In this document: in pieces, positions 17,112 through 27,000 of the stretch
Layout: each line of letters begins with the position of its first letter
Numbering within the stretch: position 1 is the first letter of the stretch
Assembly (NCBI GenBank): GCA_965242545.1
Contig: OZ251456.1
Span: 21,146 to 85,145, forward strand
Origin: a bacterium
GTDB lineage: Bacteria > UBA8248
Length of the DNA: 64,000 bases
Direction: 5' to 3'
Program-made: the position numbers and the translations under genes
Notes under the pieces: generated by a model
Seen by the model: only the letters and a program-made list of their open reading frames with translations
The model's database searches: none
Told to the model about the DNA's origin: nothing

Positions 17112-18290
17112 TCAGCGCTCCGTCAGCTTCACGCGCCTGTTGTACCAGTTCATGAAGGCCGAGATGAGCAGGCTGATGACGAGATAGGTTGCCATCGTCA
17201 TCGCCATGATCTCGATTTCCTTGCCTGTCTGGTTCAGCGCGATGCCGGCGTAGACCGCGAACAGCTCGGCGAAGCCGACCGCGTAGGCCAGCGAGGAGTT
17301 CTTGGTGAGGTTCAGATACTGGCTCGTCAGCGGGGGGATGATCACCCGCATCGCCTGCGGAATGATGATGAGCCGCATGTTCAGACCGCGCCTGAGACCG
17401 AGGGCGCGCGCCGCCTCCGTCTGCCCCTTGTGGACCGCCAGGACGCCGGCGCGGACGATCTCGGAGATGAAGGCGCCGGTGTAGAGCGTCAGCGCGAGGA
17501 GGATGGCGATGAACTCGGGGCGGATCACCATGCCGCCCCGGAGGTTGAAGCGCGTCGCCCGGGGGTGGAGCAGCTCGACGGGCTGGCCCGCCAGAAAATA
17601 GGCCGCCAGCGGCAGGCCCGCCAGGAGGGCGAGCGACGCCCAGAAGACGGGAAACGTCTCGCCGGTCGCTTCCTGCCGGGCGCGCGCCCATCCGCGGAGA
17701 GCGACCGCCGCCGCCGCGGCCGCGAAAAGCGCCGCCGCCACCCACCAGAAGGCCGGCTGCGGGTCGGGCGCCGGGCCGAACAGGCCCCGGTTGTTCAGAT
17801 AGAAGCCGAACCGGGGAGCGTCCGCGCGGCTCCAGCGCGGCAGCCCCAGGAGGATCGCGTACCAGAAGATGATCTGGAGAAGCAGCGGGATGTTCCGCAT
17901 GAATTCGACGTAGCAGTAGACGATCCGGCTGAGCAGCCAGTTCCGGGAGAGCCGCATCATGGCGAGAACGAAGCCGAGCATCGTCGCCAGCGCGCAGCCC
18001 AGGCTCGACACCAGGAGCGTGTTCAGAAGCCCCACGAAATAGACGTCGAGAACCGGCGAGGTCGGCGAGTAGGGAATCAGGGTCAGCGGAATGTCGAAGC
18101 CCGCCGGCTGGGTGAGGAACCAGAAGCTGATCTCCTTGCCCAGGCTGCCCATGTTCCGCGCCGCGTTGTAGGTCAGCGCGAACAGGACGAGCACCGCCAG
18201 GCCGAAGACGAGCGTCTGCGCCAGAATCGACCGGAAGCGCAGGTCGGTCCAAATCGAATCGCGTCCCCCGGCCGCCGCCTCATTCGCCAT
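17112..18290 (-). CDS. amino acid ABC transporter permease (AapQ-like)
   Basis: 392-aa polytopic permease in the same operon. Confidence 0.75.
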   Translation of the reverse strand: MANEAAAGGRDSIWTDLRFRSILAQTLVFGLAVLVLFALTYNAARNMGSLGKEISFWFLTQPAGFDIPLTLIPYSPTSPVLDVYFVGLLNTLLVSSLGCALATMLGFVLAMMRLSRNWLLSRIVYCYVEFMRNIPLLLQIIFWYAILLGLPRWSRADAPRFGFYLNNRGLFGPAPDPQPAFWWVAAALFAAAAAAVALRGWARARQEATGETFPVFWASLALLAGLPLAAYFLAGQPVELLHPRATRFNLRGGMVIRPEFIAILLALTLYTGAFISEIVRAGVLAVHKGQTEAARALGLRRGLNMRLIIIPQAMRVIIPPLTSQYLNLTKNSSLAYAVGFAELFAVYAGIALNQTGKEIEIMAMTMATYLVISLLISAFMNWYNRRVKLTER

Positions 18291-18430
18291 TGCGCCCGCC
18301 TCCGTCAGGGAAGCCCCCTTCCGCCCGAGCCGCGAGCGTCAAAAAAAGGGCGGGGCATTCCGGCTCGCGTCGTCATGCCCCGCCCCTCGAGCCTGTTCCG
18401 TGAAAGGAGGGCTCCCCGCTTCCCGAGCGG

Positions 18431-19447
18431 CTACCGGAACGGCGGCGCGTAGAGGATGCCGCCCCTGCTCCAGAGCTGGTTCAGGCCCCGCTCGAGTCCG
18501 ATCTTCGTTTTGGGGCCGATGTGGCGCTCGAAGATTTCGCCGTAGTTGCCGACGGCCTTGATGGCGCGCGCCGCCCAGTCCTTGGGCAGACCCAGCATCT
18601 TGCCGTATTCGCCCTCGGAGCCGAGGAGTCGGCGCACTTCCGGATCCTTCGAGGCCGTCATCATGGCGTCGGCGTTCGCCGCGGTGACGCCCTTCTCCTC
18701 CGCGATGATGATCGCGTTCAGCACCCAGCGCACGAGGTCGCCCCACTGGTTGTCGCCGTGGCGAACGAGCGGGCCCAGGGGCTCCTTCGAGATGATTTCC
18801 GGCAGGATGGCGTGCGCCTTCGGGTCCTTCAGAACGGCGCGGGTCGAGGCCAGGCCGGAGGCGTCCGTCGTATAGACGTCGCAGCGGCCCGCCTCGTAGC
18901 CGGCGCGCGCCTCGGCGTTCGTCTCGATGGTGATCGGCTCATACTTCATGCCGTTCGCGCGGAAGAAGTCCGCCAGGTTCAGCTCCGTCGTCGTGCCCGT
19001 CTGGATGCACACCGAGGCGCCGCCCAGCTCCTTCGCCGACTTCACGCCCAGCGCCTTGCGCACCATGAAGCCCTGGCCGTCGTAGTAGTTCACGCCGGTG
19101 AACTCGAACTTGAGGTTCACGTCGCGCGAGAACGTCCACGTCGTGTTGCGGGAGAGCAGGTCGATTTCGCCGGCCGCCAGCGCCGGGAAGCGGTTCTTGG
19201 TGGTGAGGGGCGTGAACTTCACGGCCTTCGGGTCGCCCAGCGCGGCGGCGGCGACGGCGCGGCAAACGTCCACGTCGAAGCCCCGCCACTCGCCCTTGTC
19301 GTCGGGGGCGGCGAAGCCGGGCAGGCCGGTCGAGACGCCGCAATTCAGCGATCCGCGCTTCTTCACGTCGTCCAGCGTGCCGGCGAGCGCGGCGCCCGCC
19401 GCGCAGAGCGCGAACGCCGCCGCAAGCGATGCAACGATTTTTCTCAT
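18431..19447 (-). CDS. amino acid ABC transporter substrate-binding protein (AapJ-like)
   Basis: Signal peptide MRKIVASLAAAFALCAAGAALA, followed by a periplasmic binding-protein fold. Confidence 0.8.
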   Translation of the reverse strand: MRKIVASLAAAFALCAAGAALAGTLDDVKKRGSLNCGVSTGLPGFAAPDDKGEWRGFDVDVCRAVAAAALGDPKAVKFTPLTTKNRFPALAAGEIDLLSRNTTWTFSRDVNLKFEFTGVNYYDGQGFMVRKALGVKSAKELGGASVCIQTGTTTELNLADFFRANGMKYEPITIETNAEARAGYEAGRCDVYTTDASGLASTRAVLKDPKAHAILPEIISKEPLGPLVRHGDNQWGDLVRWVLNAIIIAEEKGVTAANADAMMTASKDPEVRRLLGSEGEYGKMLGLPKDWAARAIKAVGNYGEIFERHIGPKTKIGLERGLNQLWSRGGILYAPPFR

Positions 19448-19756
19448 CTCTCCCTCTCCTCTCGATTGTGAGGCGCTGCGAACGGATTTGCGCGAATCCT
19501 CCCGTCGGGGAGGCGTGTCCGCGCTCTTCTCCCGACCCCGCGGCCGGAACAGGAAATTCCGGATCCTTCTCCATCTTCGGCCTTTGACGATGAAGTCGAT
19601 TCACTCTTATTCACGATGCGCGAAAATGTCAACAGGCGAACGGGGCGGGCGCGCCTCCGTCTCCCGTCCCGTCCCCGGTTTTCTTTCCCGAACGCCCCGT
19701 CGGTGGTATGAATGGTTCCCGTCTTCTGAGGAACCACTCGCGGATGAGGGCGCTTC

Positions 19757-20989
19757 GTGAATCCCCGCGGCGCCGTTCGCCTTCATCCGCCCGCTCCGGG
19801 AGCGCGCATGAACGCAGGCGGCGGCGTCCTCGTCCTCGCGTCGAGCCACGCGGTGAACTCCGTCTACAACCGGATGCTCACGCCCATTCTCCCGCTCATC
19901 ATGGCCGACTTCGGCCTGAACTACGCCCAGACGGGGCTCATCGCCTCCGCCTACGCCCTCTCGAGCAGCCTGTTTCAGTGGCCAATCTCCTTTCTGGGCG
20001 ACTTCACGGGGAGAACCCGTCTCATCCTCGCCCTCTCCCTGCTCTTCAACGCCCTGCCCGCCGGGTTCTACGGCGGCTCGACCACCTACGCGGGGCTGCT
20101 CGCCCTGGTCTTCCTGAGCGGGCTGGGCTGCTCGGCCTACCACCCGGCGGCGGTCTCGATGATCGCCCGCGAAAGCCCCGAAAGCCGGGGATTCGCCATG
20201 GGCCTCTTCAAGGCGGGCGGCGACTTCGGCAGCATCCTGACGCCGGCGATCATGAGCTGGCTCACGGTGCATCTGGCGAGCTGGCGCGCCGCCTCGCGGT
20301 ATTTCGCGCTGCCGGGAATCGTCTGCGCCCTCGTCGTCTGGCTGAGGTTCCGGGACGCGCCCGGGGCGCGGACGTCGATGGCGAAGGAGGCGAGGTCCAC
20401 GGCGCGCGAACTGCTGAGCGACAGGTTCATGATCCTCATCACCCTGCTCTCCTCCTGCCGGGTGATGGGCCTGCGGGGCATCATGACGTTCCTGCCCCTG
20501 CTGCTGGCGGAGGGGCTGGGGCTGGACACCATCGGGGTCGGCTGGGCGATCACGGGCTATTTCCTCGTCGGCACGGCCTTCGCCGTCTTCTGGGGAAAAT
20601 ACGCGGACGGAAAGAGCGAGACGCGCCTCCTCCTCGTCATGATGGCGTCGAGCGCCCTCGCGCTCGCGTTCCTCTCTCGCGCCGAGTCGACCGTCGTCTC
20701 CCTCGGTCTGCTGGCGCTTCTGGGCGCGGGGCTGAACCCCTCGCAGAGCCTCATGCTCGCCCTCGCCACGGGCGAGGTGCGGGAGAAGAACCGCGCGAGC
20801 GCGGTCGGCCTCATGTACACGGCGAACGAGGCGGCCTCGGTCGCCTCGCCCTTCCTGGGCGGCCTCATCGCCCAGGCGGCGGGTCTGAGGGAGTCGTTCC
20901 TGTTCTACGCCCTGCTCTGCCTCGCCGCCACGGGCCTCGCCTGGCTCATCCACGCGGATCGGAAACGACGGGAGAGGGCGAAGCCGTGA
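19757..20989 (+). CDS. MFS transporter
   Basis: ~12 predicted TM segments and MFS-like loop motifs. Start uncertain (alternative ATG ~19808). Confidence 0.6.
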   Translation: MNPRGAVRLHPPAPGARMNAGGGVLVLASSHAVNSVYNRMLTPILPLIMADFGLNYAQTGLIASAYALSSSLFQWPISFLGDFTGRTRLILALSLLFNALPAGFYGGSTTYAGLLALVFLSGLGCSAYHPAAVSMIARESPESRGFAMGLFKAGGDFGSILTPAIMSWLTVHLASWRAASRYFALPGIVCALVVWLRFRDAPGARTSMAKEARSTARELLSDRFMILITLLSSCRVMGLRGIMTFLPLLLAEGLGLDTIGVGWAITGYFLVGTAFAVFWGKYADGKSETRLLLVMMASSALALAFLSRAESTVVSLGLLALLGAGLNPSQSLMLALATGEVREKNRASAVGLMYTANEAASVASPFLGGLIAQAAGLRESFLFYALLCLAATGLAWLIHADRKRRERAKP

Positions 20990-22149
20990 CGTCGGGAACG
21001 CGGCGCGCTCTCCCGCTCATCGTCTGCCTCGCCCTGGGCGCGTGCGGAGCGGCGGGCCGCGGCGCCCCACCGGCCGAGTCCCGCGCCCGCCTGAAGCCGC
21101 CCTTCGACCTCCCGAAGCCGCGCGGCGCGAAGGGGAGGCACGGGCGCGAAGAAGCCCCCTGCGGCGCGCCTCCCCCGCCCGTCCGCGACCTGACCTTCGG
21201 GGGCTTCTACGCCGGGGGGAGCGGCTCGTCCGTCATCGACCCCGCCGCGATGCGCCGCTACCGCGCGGCGCGCGCCCCCGTCCGCTCCTTTCAGCGCGCC
21301 CTCCTCGCGCGAACCGACCGCTACGTCGAGACGCGCCGCCCCCGCACCGCCGCCTGCGCGCTGGCGTGGCTCGACCGCTGGGCGCGCGCGGGCGCCTTTC
21401 TGGGCCGGGTCAGCCGGCAAGGGGGCTACGAGCGCAAATGGGCGCTCGGGGCGGTCTCGATGGCCTATCTCAAGGCGCGCGGCGCGAGCGGACTCGACCC
21501 CGCCCGGAAAAAAGCGGTCGAGCGGTGGATCGGCGAATGGGCGCGGGTCGTCCACGCGGACTACGCGGATCCGGCCAAATCCCGCCGGACGAGCCGCAGG
21601 AACAACCACGCCTATTGGGCCGCCTGGTCGGTCGGACTCGCCGCCGTCGTCCTCGACGACCGGAGCCTCCTCGACTGGGCGATGACGCGCTACCGCCGCG
21701 CCACGCGCCAGATAACCCCCGAGGGCGTCCTGCCGCTCGAACTCGCGCGCGGCTCCAAGGCGCTTCACTACCACCTCTACGCGGCCGCCGCGCTGGTGAT
21801 GCTCGACGAGCTGGGCGCGCGCAACGGATACGCGGCGGGCGGCGCCGCGCTCGGGCGGCTCGTCCGGCTCGTCGTCGCGGGCCTTTCGGACCCGGCGTTT
21901 TTCGTCCGCAGGACCGGAAAGCGGCAGAACTGGGTGGGACGCCTCGACGGCTCGAAGCTCGCCTGGATGGAGCCCCGCTACGCCCGCCGCCGGGAGCCCG
22001 CGCTCGCGCCCTGGATCCGCAGATTCCGCCCCATGAGGAGCCGGCTCCTGGGCGGCGACGCGACGCTGCTCTACGGCGCGCCCCTCCCGCCCCGCCGGGG
22101 CGCGGTTCGCGGGAGGCTTCCTCCCCGGAAACGCCCCCCAAGCCGCTGA
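20986..22149 (+). CDS. alginate lyase family (PL5-like) lipoprotein
   Basis: The GTG start overlaps the MFS stop (GTGA). Has a lipobox LIVCLALGAC, and an RRNNHAYWAAW motif resembling the NNHSYW motif of AlgL-type lyases. Confidence 0.5.
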   Translation: MTSGTRRALPLIVCLALGACGAAGRGAPPAESRARLKPPFDLPKPRGAKGRHGREEAPCGAPPPPVRDLTFGGFYAGGSGSSVIDPAAMRRYRAARAPVRSFQRALLARTDRYVETRRPRTAACALAWLDRWARAGAFLGRVSRQGGYERKWALGAVSMAYLKARGASGLDPARKKAVERWIGEWARVVHADYADPAKSRRTSRRNNHAYWAAWSVGLAAVVLDDRSLLDWAMTRYRRATRQITPEGVLPLELARGSKALHYHLYAAAALVMLDELGARNGYAAGGAALGRLVRLVVAGLSDPAFFVRRTGKRQNWVGRLDGSKLAWMEPRYARRREPALAPWIRRFRPMRSRLLGGDATLLYGAPLPPRRGAVRGRLPPRKRPPSR

Positions 22150-22620
22150 ACCACCCCGCCTTTGGTCGCCGAACGGCGCGGGACGCATGTAGAAGAACGC
22201 CGCGGAGACGCCCCCGTGGCCGTCCCCTACAATGGAATATCGCCACCCTCGCCGTAGGGGGCGCATATATGCGCCCCGATTGTAGGGTTGGCGACGATGC
22301 GGATTGCCGTAGGGACAACCCCCTGTGGTTGTCCGTTGTCAACGGCGCGCGCCGGTCTGGTTTTCACCGCCGGGACGTTGCGCCCGTAGGTGAAGCGCCA
22401 AGGGGCGCTTCCCACACATACATGCGCCCCGGTTGTGGAATTGCCGACGATGCGGCGCGGACAACCACAGGGGGTTGTCCCTACGAAGGCGGAATCACCA
22501 CCGGCCCGCAGGGGTGGTTCCTTCCCGGGCCCGCCCCACGGTTCGCGGCGGCGCGCCCGCCCGTGTTCGCCGAACGGCGGGGGCATTGCCGTTCCGTCGG
22601 CGATTCGGTATGATCGCGCG
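22150..22620. repeat. palindromic intergenic repeat cluster (modules A-E)
   Basis: Contains GGGGCGCATATATGCGCCCC, GGACAACC-N-GGTTGTCCCTACG (twice), and CACCGCCGGGA-N-CCGTAGGTGAAGCGCCAAGGGGCGCTTCCCACACATA. Confidence 0.7.
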
Positions 22621-22658
22621 GCGATAATGAGGATCAACCGAATGGAGACGCGCCGGAC

Positions 22659-23138
22659 ATGACGGACTACGAGAAGCTCAACCTTGTCATCGCCTTTCTC
22701 GCGCTGATCGCCTCCTACGGCGGTCTGGCGCTGCTCTACTACGGCATCCGCCAGATGGATCGGGGGAGCGCGCGGCGGGCGGCGGAGTCGAAGCGCCAGC
22801 ACGAGGAGACGATGACCGCGCTCGCCGAGGAGCGGGAGGAGGCCCGGAGCCGGCACGAGGAGGCGATGCGGAAGATCGCCGAGGATCAGGAGGCGTCGCG
22901 GAAGCGGCACGAGGAGGCGATGGCCGCGCTCGCCGAGGAGCGGGAAGCCTCCCGGAAGCGGCATGACGAGGTGATGGCCGAATCGGAGAAGCGGCACGAG
23001 GAGGCCATGCGCAAGCACGACGAGGCCATGCGGAAGCACGACGAGGGGGCGGAGGAATCCAAACGCCGGCACGAGGAGAGCATGGCCGCGCTCACGGAGC
23101 TCATCAAGCGGACGGGAAACCCGCAGAAGCCCTCGTAG
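22659..23138 (+). CDS. small membrane-anchored coiled-coil protein with RHEEAM heptad-like repeats
   Basis: An N-terminal TM helix (LVIAFLALIASYGGLALLYY) followed by ~7 degenerate copies of (K/R)RHEEAM(R/A). Confidence 0.45.
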   Translation: MTDYEKLNLVIAFLALIASYGGLALLYYGIRQMDRGSARRAAESKRQHEETMTALAEEREEARSRHEEAMRKIAEDQEASRKRHEEAMAALAEEREASRKRHDEVMAESEKRHEEAMRKHDEAMRKHDEGAEESKRRHEESMAALTELIKRTGNPQKPS

Positions 23139-23139
23139 G

Positions 23140-23760
23140 GACACAACCCCCCGTGGTTGTCCTTCATCATGTTCGTATCCCGCAGATACCCGAACCGCCC
23201 GCCTTTGGTCACCGAACGACGCGGGACGCATGTATGCGTCCCCTACGGCGAGGGTGGCGATATTCCTTTGCAGGTGACGCGCGGGAGCGCGTCCATACAT
23301 GCGCCCCGTCGTGAATTGGCCGCCGGCGCGGATTGCCGTAGGGACAACCCCCCCGTGGTTGCCCGTTGTCAACGATCCGGGCGGTTCCGCATCGGAAACG
23401 CCCCGCAATTCACGAACCGTGGGGCGGCCCCGGGGAGGGGTTGCCCCTGCGCAAAAACAAAACCGCCGCCCTGCCTTGTTCACCGCCGGGATATTTCACC
23501 CGTAGGTGAAGCGCCAAGGGGCGCTTCCCACACATATATGCGCCCCGCATGTGGAATTGGCGATGACGCGGCGCGGACAACCACGGGGGGTTGTCCCTAC
23601 GGAACCGACAAACCCGCATCACCCCGAACGGCGCGGCACCTGCGCAAAACAAAATCGTCGTCCGTCCGTGGTCGCCGGATGGATATTGCGCCCGTCCGCG
23701 CGGGACGCATATATGCGTCCCCTACAAAACCGTTGCCCGGCGCGGGTGTGAATTTTCATC
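23140..23760. repeat. palindromic intergenic repeat cluster
   Basis: GGGACGCATGTATGCGTCCC, GGGACAACC-N-GGTTGCCC, GGGGCGCATATATGCGCCCC and GGACGCATATATGCGTCCCCTAC, the same modules as at 22.2 kb. Confidence 0.7.
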
Positions 23761-23923
23761 TTGCGCGGGGGTTGAACTTCGCCAACTCTTTTTGTTACAA
23801 TGGCGGTCATCATCGGTTTTGACGCGGGACTCGAACGAAACGGGAATCGACCGCTTACAAAGGGGGCAGCGCACATGAGCATGTTCAGCTTGTCCGCGCC
23901 TTGGGATTTGGGGCATACTGGCG

Positions 23924-24023
23924 CCGACTCACCGACTCACCGACTCACCGACTCACCGACTCACCGACTCACCGACTCACCGACTCACCGACTCACCGAC
24001 TCACCGACTCACCGACTCACCGA
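23924..24023. repeat. octanucleotide tandem repeat (CCGACTCA)x12.5
   Basis: Perfect 100-nt array immediately 5-prime of the giant autotransporter gene's ATG at 24042. It lies within the TTG-initiated ORF 23901. Confidence 0.9.
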
Positions 24024-24041
24024 CATGAGAAGGGGCGCGCG

Positions 24042-27000
24042 ATGAGAACGCCGGACGGCGCGGGACGCAACTATGCGTCCCCTACAAAATCGTCGCCGCC
24101 CTGTTTCCGTAGGGGGCGCGGACAACCACGGGGGGTTGTCCCTACGGATATAAAACCGGCATGGGGGCGGCTGGCGGGGCTTCTCGCCGGCTTGGCGCTG
24201 GCGGGGCTGCTGCTGGCGCCGGGGGAGGCGCGGGCGCAAGCCCTTCTATGCGGGAACTCGAACAACGTCCGCTTGGACTGCCCGAATCGGGATTATCCCG
24301 ACGGCATCGTCTATGGCATCGCGGGCGACAGCAGCAATATCAGCCACGGCATCCCCCAGACGCTCAACCTCCTGGGCCACAGTTCCGGGCCGATCACGCT
24401 CACGGCCGGCGCCCGGGGGGTCGCCTTCGGCGCGCGAGCCAGCGGAGGGGCAGGCCTCACGTTGAACATCGGCGGCGCGACGGGCGGGACCGCCCACGTC
24501 GTCAGATTCGTCCAGGGGACGAACTCGGTCTCCGGCATCGACCGGAACAACGGCATCTATGTTTGGCGTACGGCCAACAACACCGGCGCGAGCACAACGC
24601 TGAACGTGAAAGCCGGTGTGACCATCGGCACGATGGCCACGCCGATGAAGCAGCACGGCATCTTCCTCCGCCCGCACGCCGACCGCCCCTCCGCTGGCCG
24701 GGGCAGCGCCGGCCTCACCCTCACCAGCGCGGCGACCATCCATGCCGCCCGGCAGGGCATTCGGATAGTCCGGCAGACCGGGGGCACCAACGACGCGACC
24801 ACCGTCACCAACACCGGCGCCATCCACTCGGGCGTCGGCAACGCCGCCGCCACCGGCAGCTACGTCGACCGGCCGCACGGCATCTACGCGCTGCATGGGG
24901 GGACGCAGAGGACCGGCTCGCTGACCGTCACCAACTCGGGCGACATCACGGTGGGGGGCGCCTACACCGGCATCCTGATGAACTACTGGGGCGCCGGCGC
25001 CCTGAGCCTCGACAACCGCGGGGACATCGCCGCGGCGACGGGGCAGACGGCGAAGCAGGGCATCCAGTTCAACTACAAGTACTGGGACAACCAGAGCGCC
25101 CAGGCCATCACGCTCACGAACTCCGGCGACATCACGGCGTCCGAGTTCGGCATCCGGCTCACGAAGCTCTCGGGCGGCGCGGTCGAGCTCACGAACAGCG
25201 GCGCCATCACGGTGACGGGCGACGCGGCGCAACACGCGGGGCACGCCATCTATCTGGCGGAGGGCGTCACCTTCGGCGAGGGCAGAACCTACGCCGCCAA
25301 CGGCGGCGCCCTCACGGTCGACAACAGCGGTGTCCTCAGCTCGAAGAACCACGCCCTCTACGTCTACCTGGCCACGGCGGACGACGACGTCGAGCTCGAG
25401 AACAGCGGCGACGTCGTCTCGGAGGAGGGGGACGGCATCCGGATCGAGCGGGTCGTCGAGGGCGACGTCGCGGTCGAGAACAGCGGGAGCGTCTCGGGGA
25501 AGGGCCACGGCATTTACGTGGGCCAGGCGGCGCGGATCGACTTCGAGCAGTCGGGGTCGGGGACGATCAGGGGCCGGACGGGGGTCTATCTCGGTGTCGC
25601 GAAGGAGAGCGCGTCGGGCGACTCGCGCAGCACGGACAGCGGCGGGGATCACATCCCCGCGATCGACGTGACCTGGTCGGGCGGGAGCGTGGCGCGGGGG
25701 CCGGCGACGACGGGCGCCCGCTTCACGGCGACCACCTGGCTGGAGACGTCCGTCGCCGACCGGGAGGCGACGGTGGTGAAGTCGGTGGAGGATTCGCTGC
25801 GCTGGGGGGCGGCGGCGGGTCTGGAGGCGCGCGTCCTGTCCTGGCGGGCGGTGATGGAGCAGGTGGCGGCGGGCGACGATCCGGGCGTGATAGCGAACGC
25901 GGCGGCGCAGACGACGCTGCTGGCGACGAGCGGGGCCGGTTCGCGCCGGGCGACCATCCTGGCGCAGGTCCGGGCGATGCTGGGGAACGATGACCTCTCG
26001 GTGGGGACGGATCTCCTCACCGCCATCGACTCGACGGCGACGAGCGTGAGCGACCTGAGCGACGCGGAGATCGCGACCTATCTGACCCAGGACGCCCCGG
26101 ACATCCGGATCATTCTGCGGAACATCCTGCGTTACGGCCTCTCGGCCGCCGAGAAGGCGGTTCTGGCGGCGGTCGTGGCGGGGGACGGCACGGCGCTCAC
26201 CACCGCGCTGGCCGTCACGACGCCGGCCGCCTTCTCCTCCGCCTACAAGACGGCGGTGACCGGGCTGCTGTCCCGCTACAACCTGGACGACGTCAGCGTC
26301 AGCATGACGGGCGGCGAGATCGCCTCGCGCGGCGACGGCATCCGGGCCTATTACGCGACGGCGAACGACAGCAACGGGAGCGTGGAGATCACCATCGGCG
26401 CGAACGCGGCCGTGGAGGGAGACGTCCACGGGATTCACGTTTCGGGCGGCGGGGTGAACGCCTCCAGCGTGAAGCAGCAGCGCGTCACCGTGAACGGGAG
26501 GGTGACGGGCGGGACGGGGGCGGGCGTTCACCTGGTGGGCGGGGGGACGGTGACGGTGGGCGCGGGCGGGCGCGTGGGCGCGACCTCGGGCACGGCCATC
26601 GAGACCTCGGACGGCGGCGATCTGACGGCGGCCATCTCCGGGCGGGTGGAGGGGGACATCCGGGCGGCGGGGACGCTGACGCTCACCTCGGCGGCGGGGA
26701 GCGTGATCACGGGGACGGTTCACGACCCCTCGGGTTCGCTGTCGGTGGCGGGGAGCATCGGGCGGATCGTCTATACGAGCGGGGGGACGGTGACGGTGGC
26801 GGCGGCGGGCCGGCTCACGGGGGTGTCGGGCGAGGCGGTTCGCAGCGACTCAGGCGATTTGAGCGTGACCATCGCCGGGCGGGCGACGGGCGACGTTGAG
26901 GCGGGGGGCAGCGGGAACCTGACCCTGAGCCTCACCGGGAGCGGGCGGCTGGACGGCGACGCCGAGGCGGGGGGGACGCTGACGCTGACGGCGGCGGCGG

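Noticed and set aside
23810-23860. tRNA-like T-loop motifs (GGGACTCGAAC / GGTCGATTCC)
   Set aside because: No cloverleaf can be built, because the acceptor and anticodon arms are missing. Likely a hairpin inside the repeat region.
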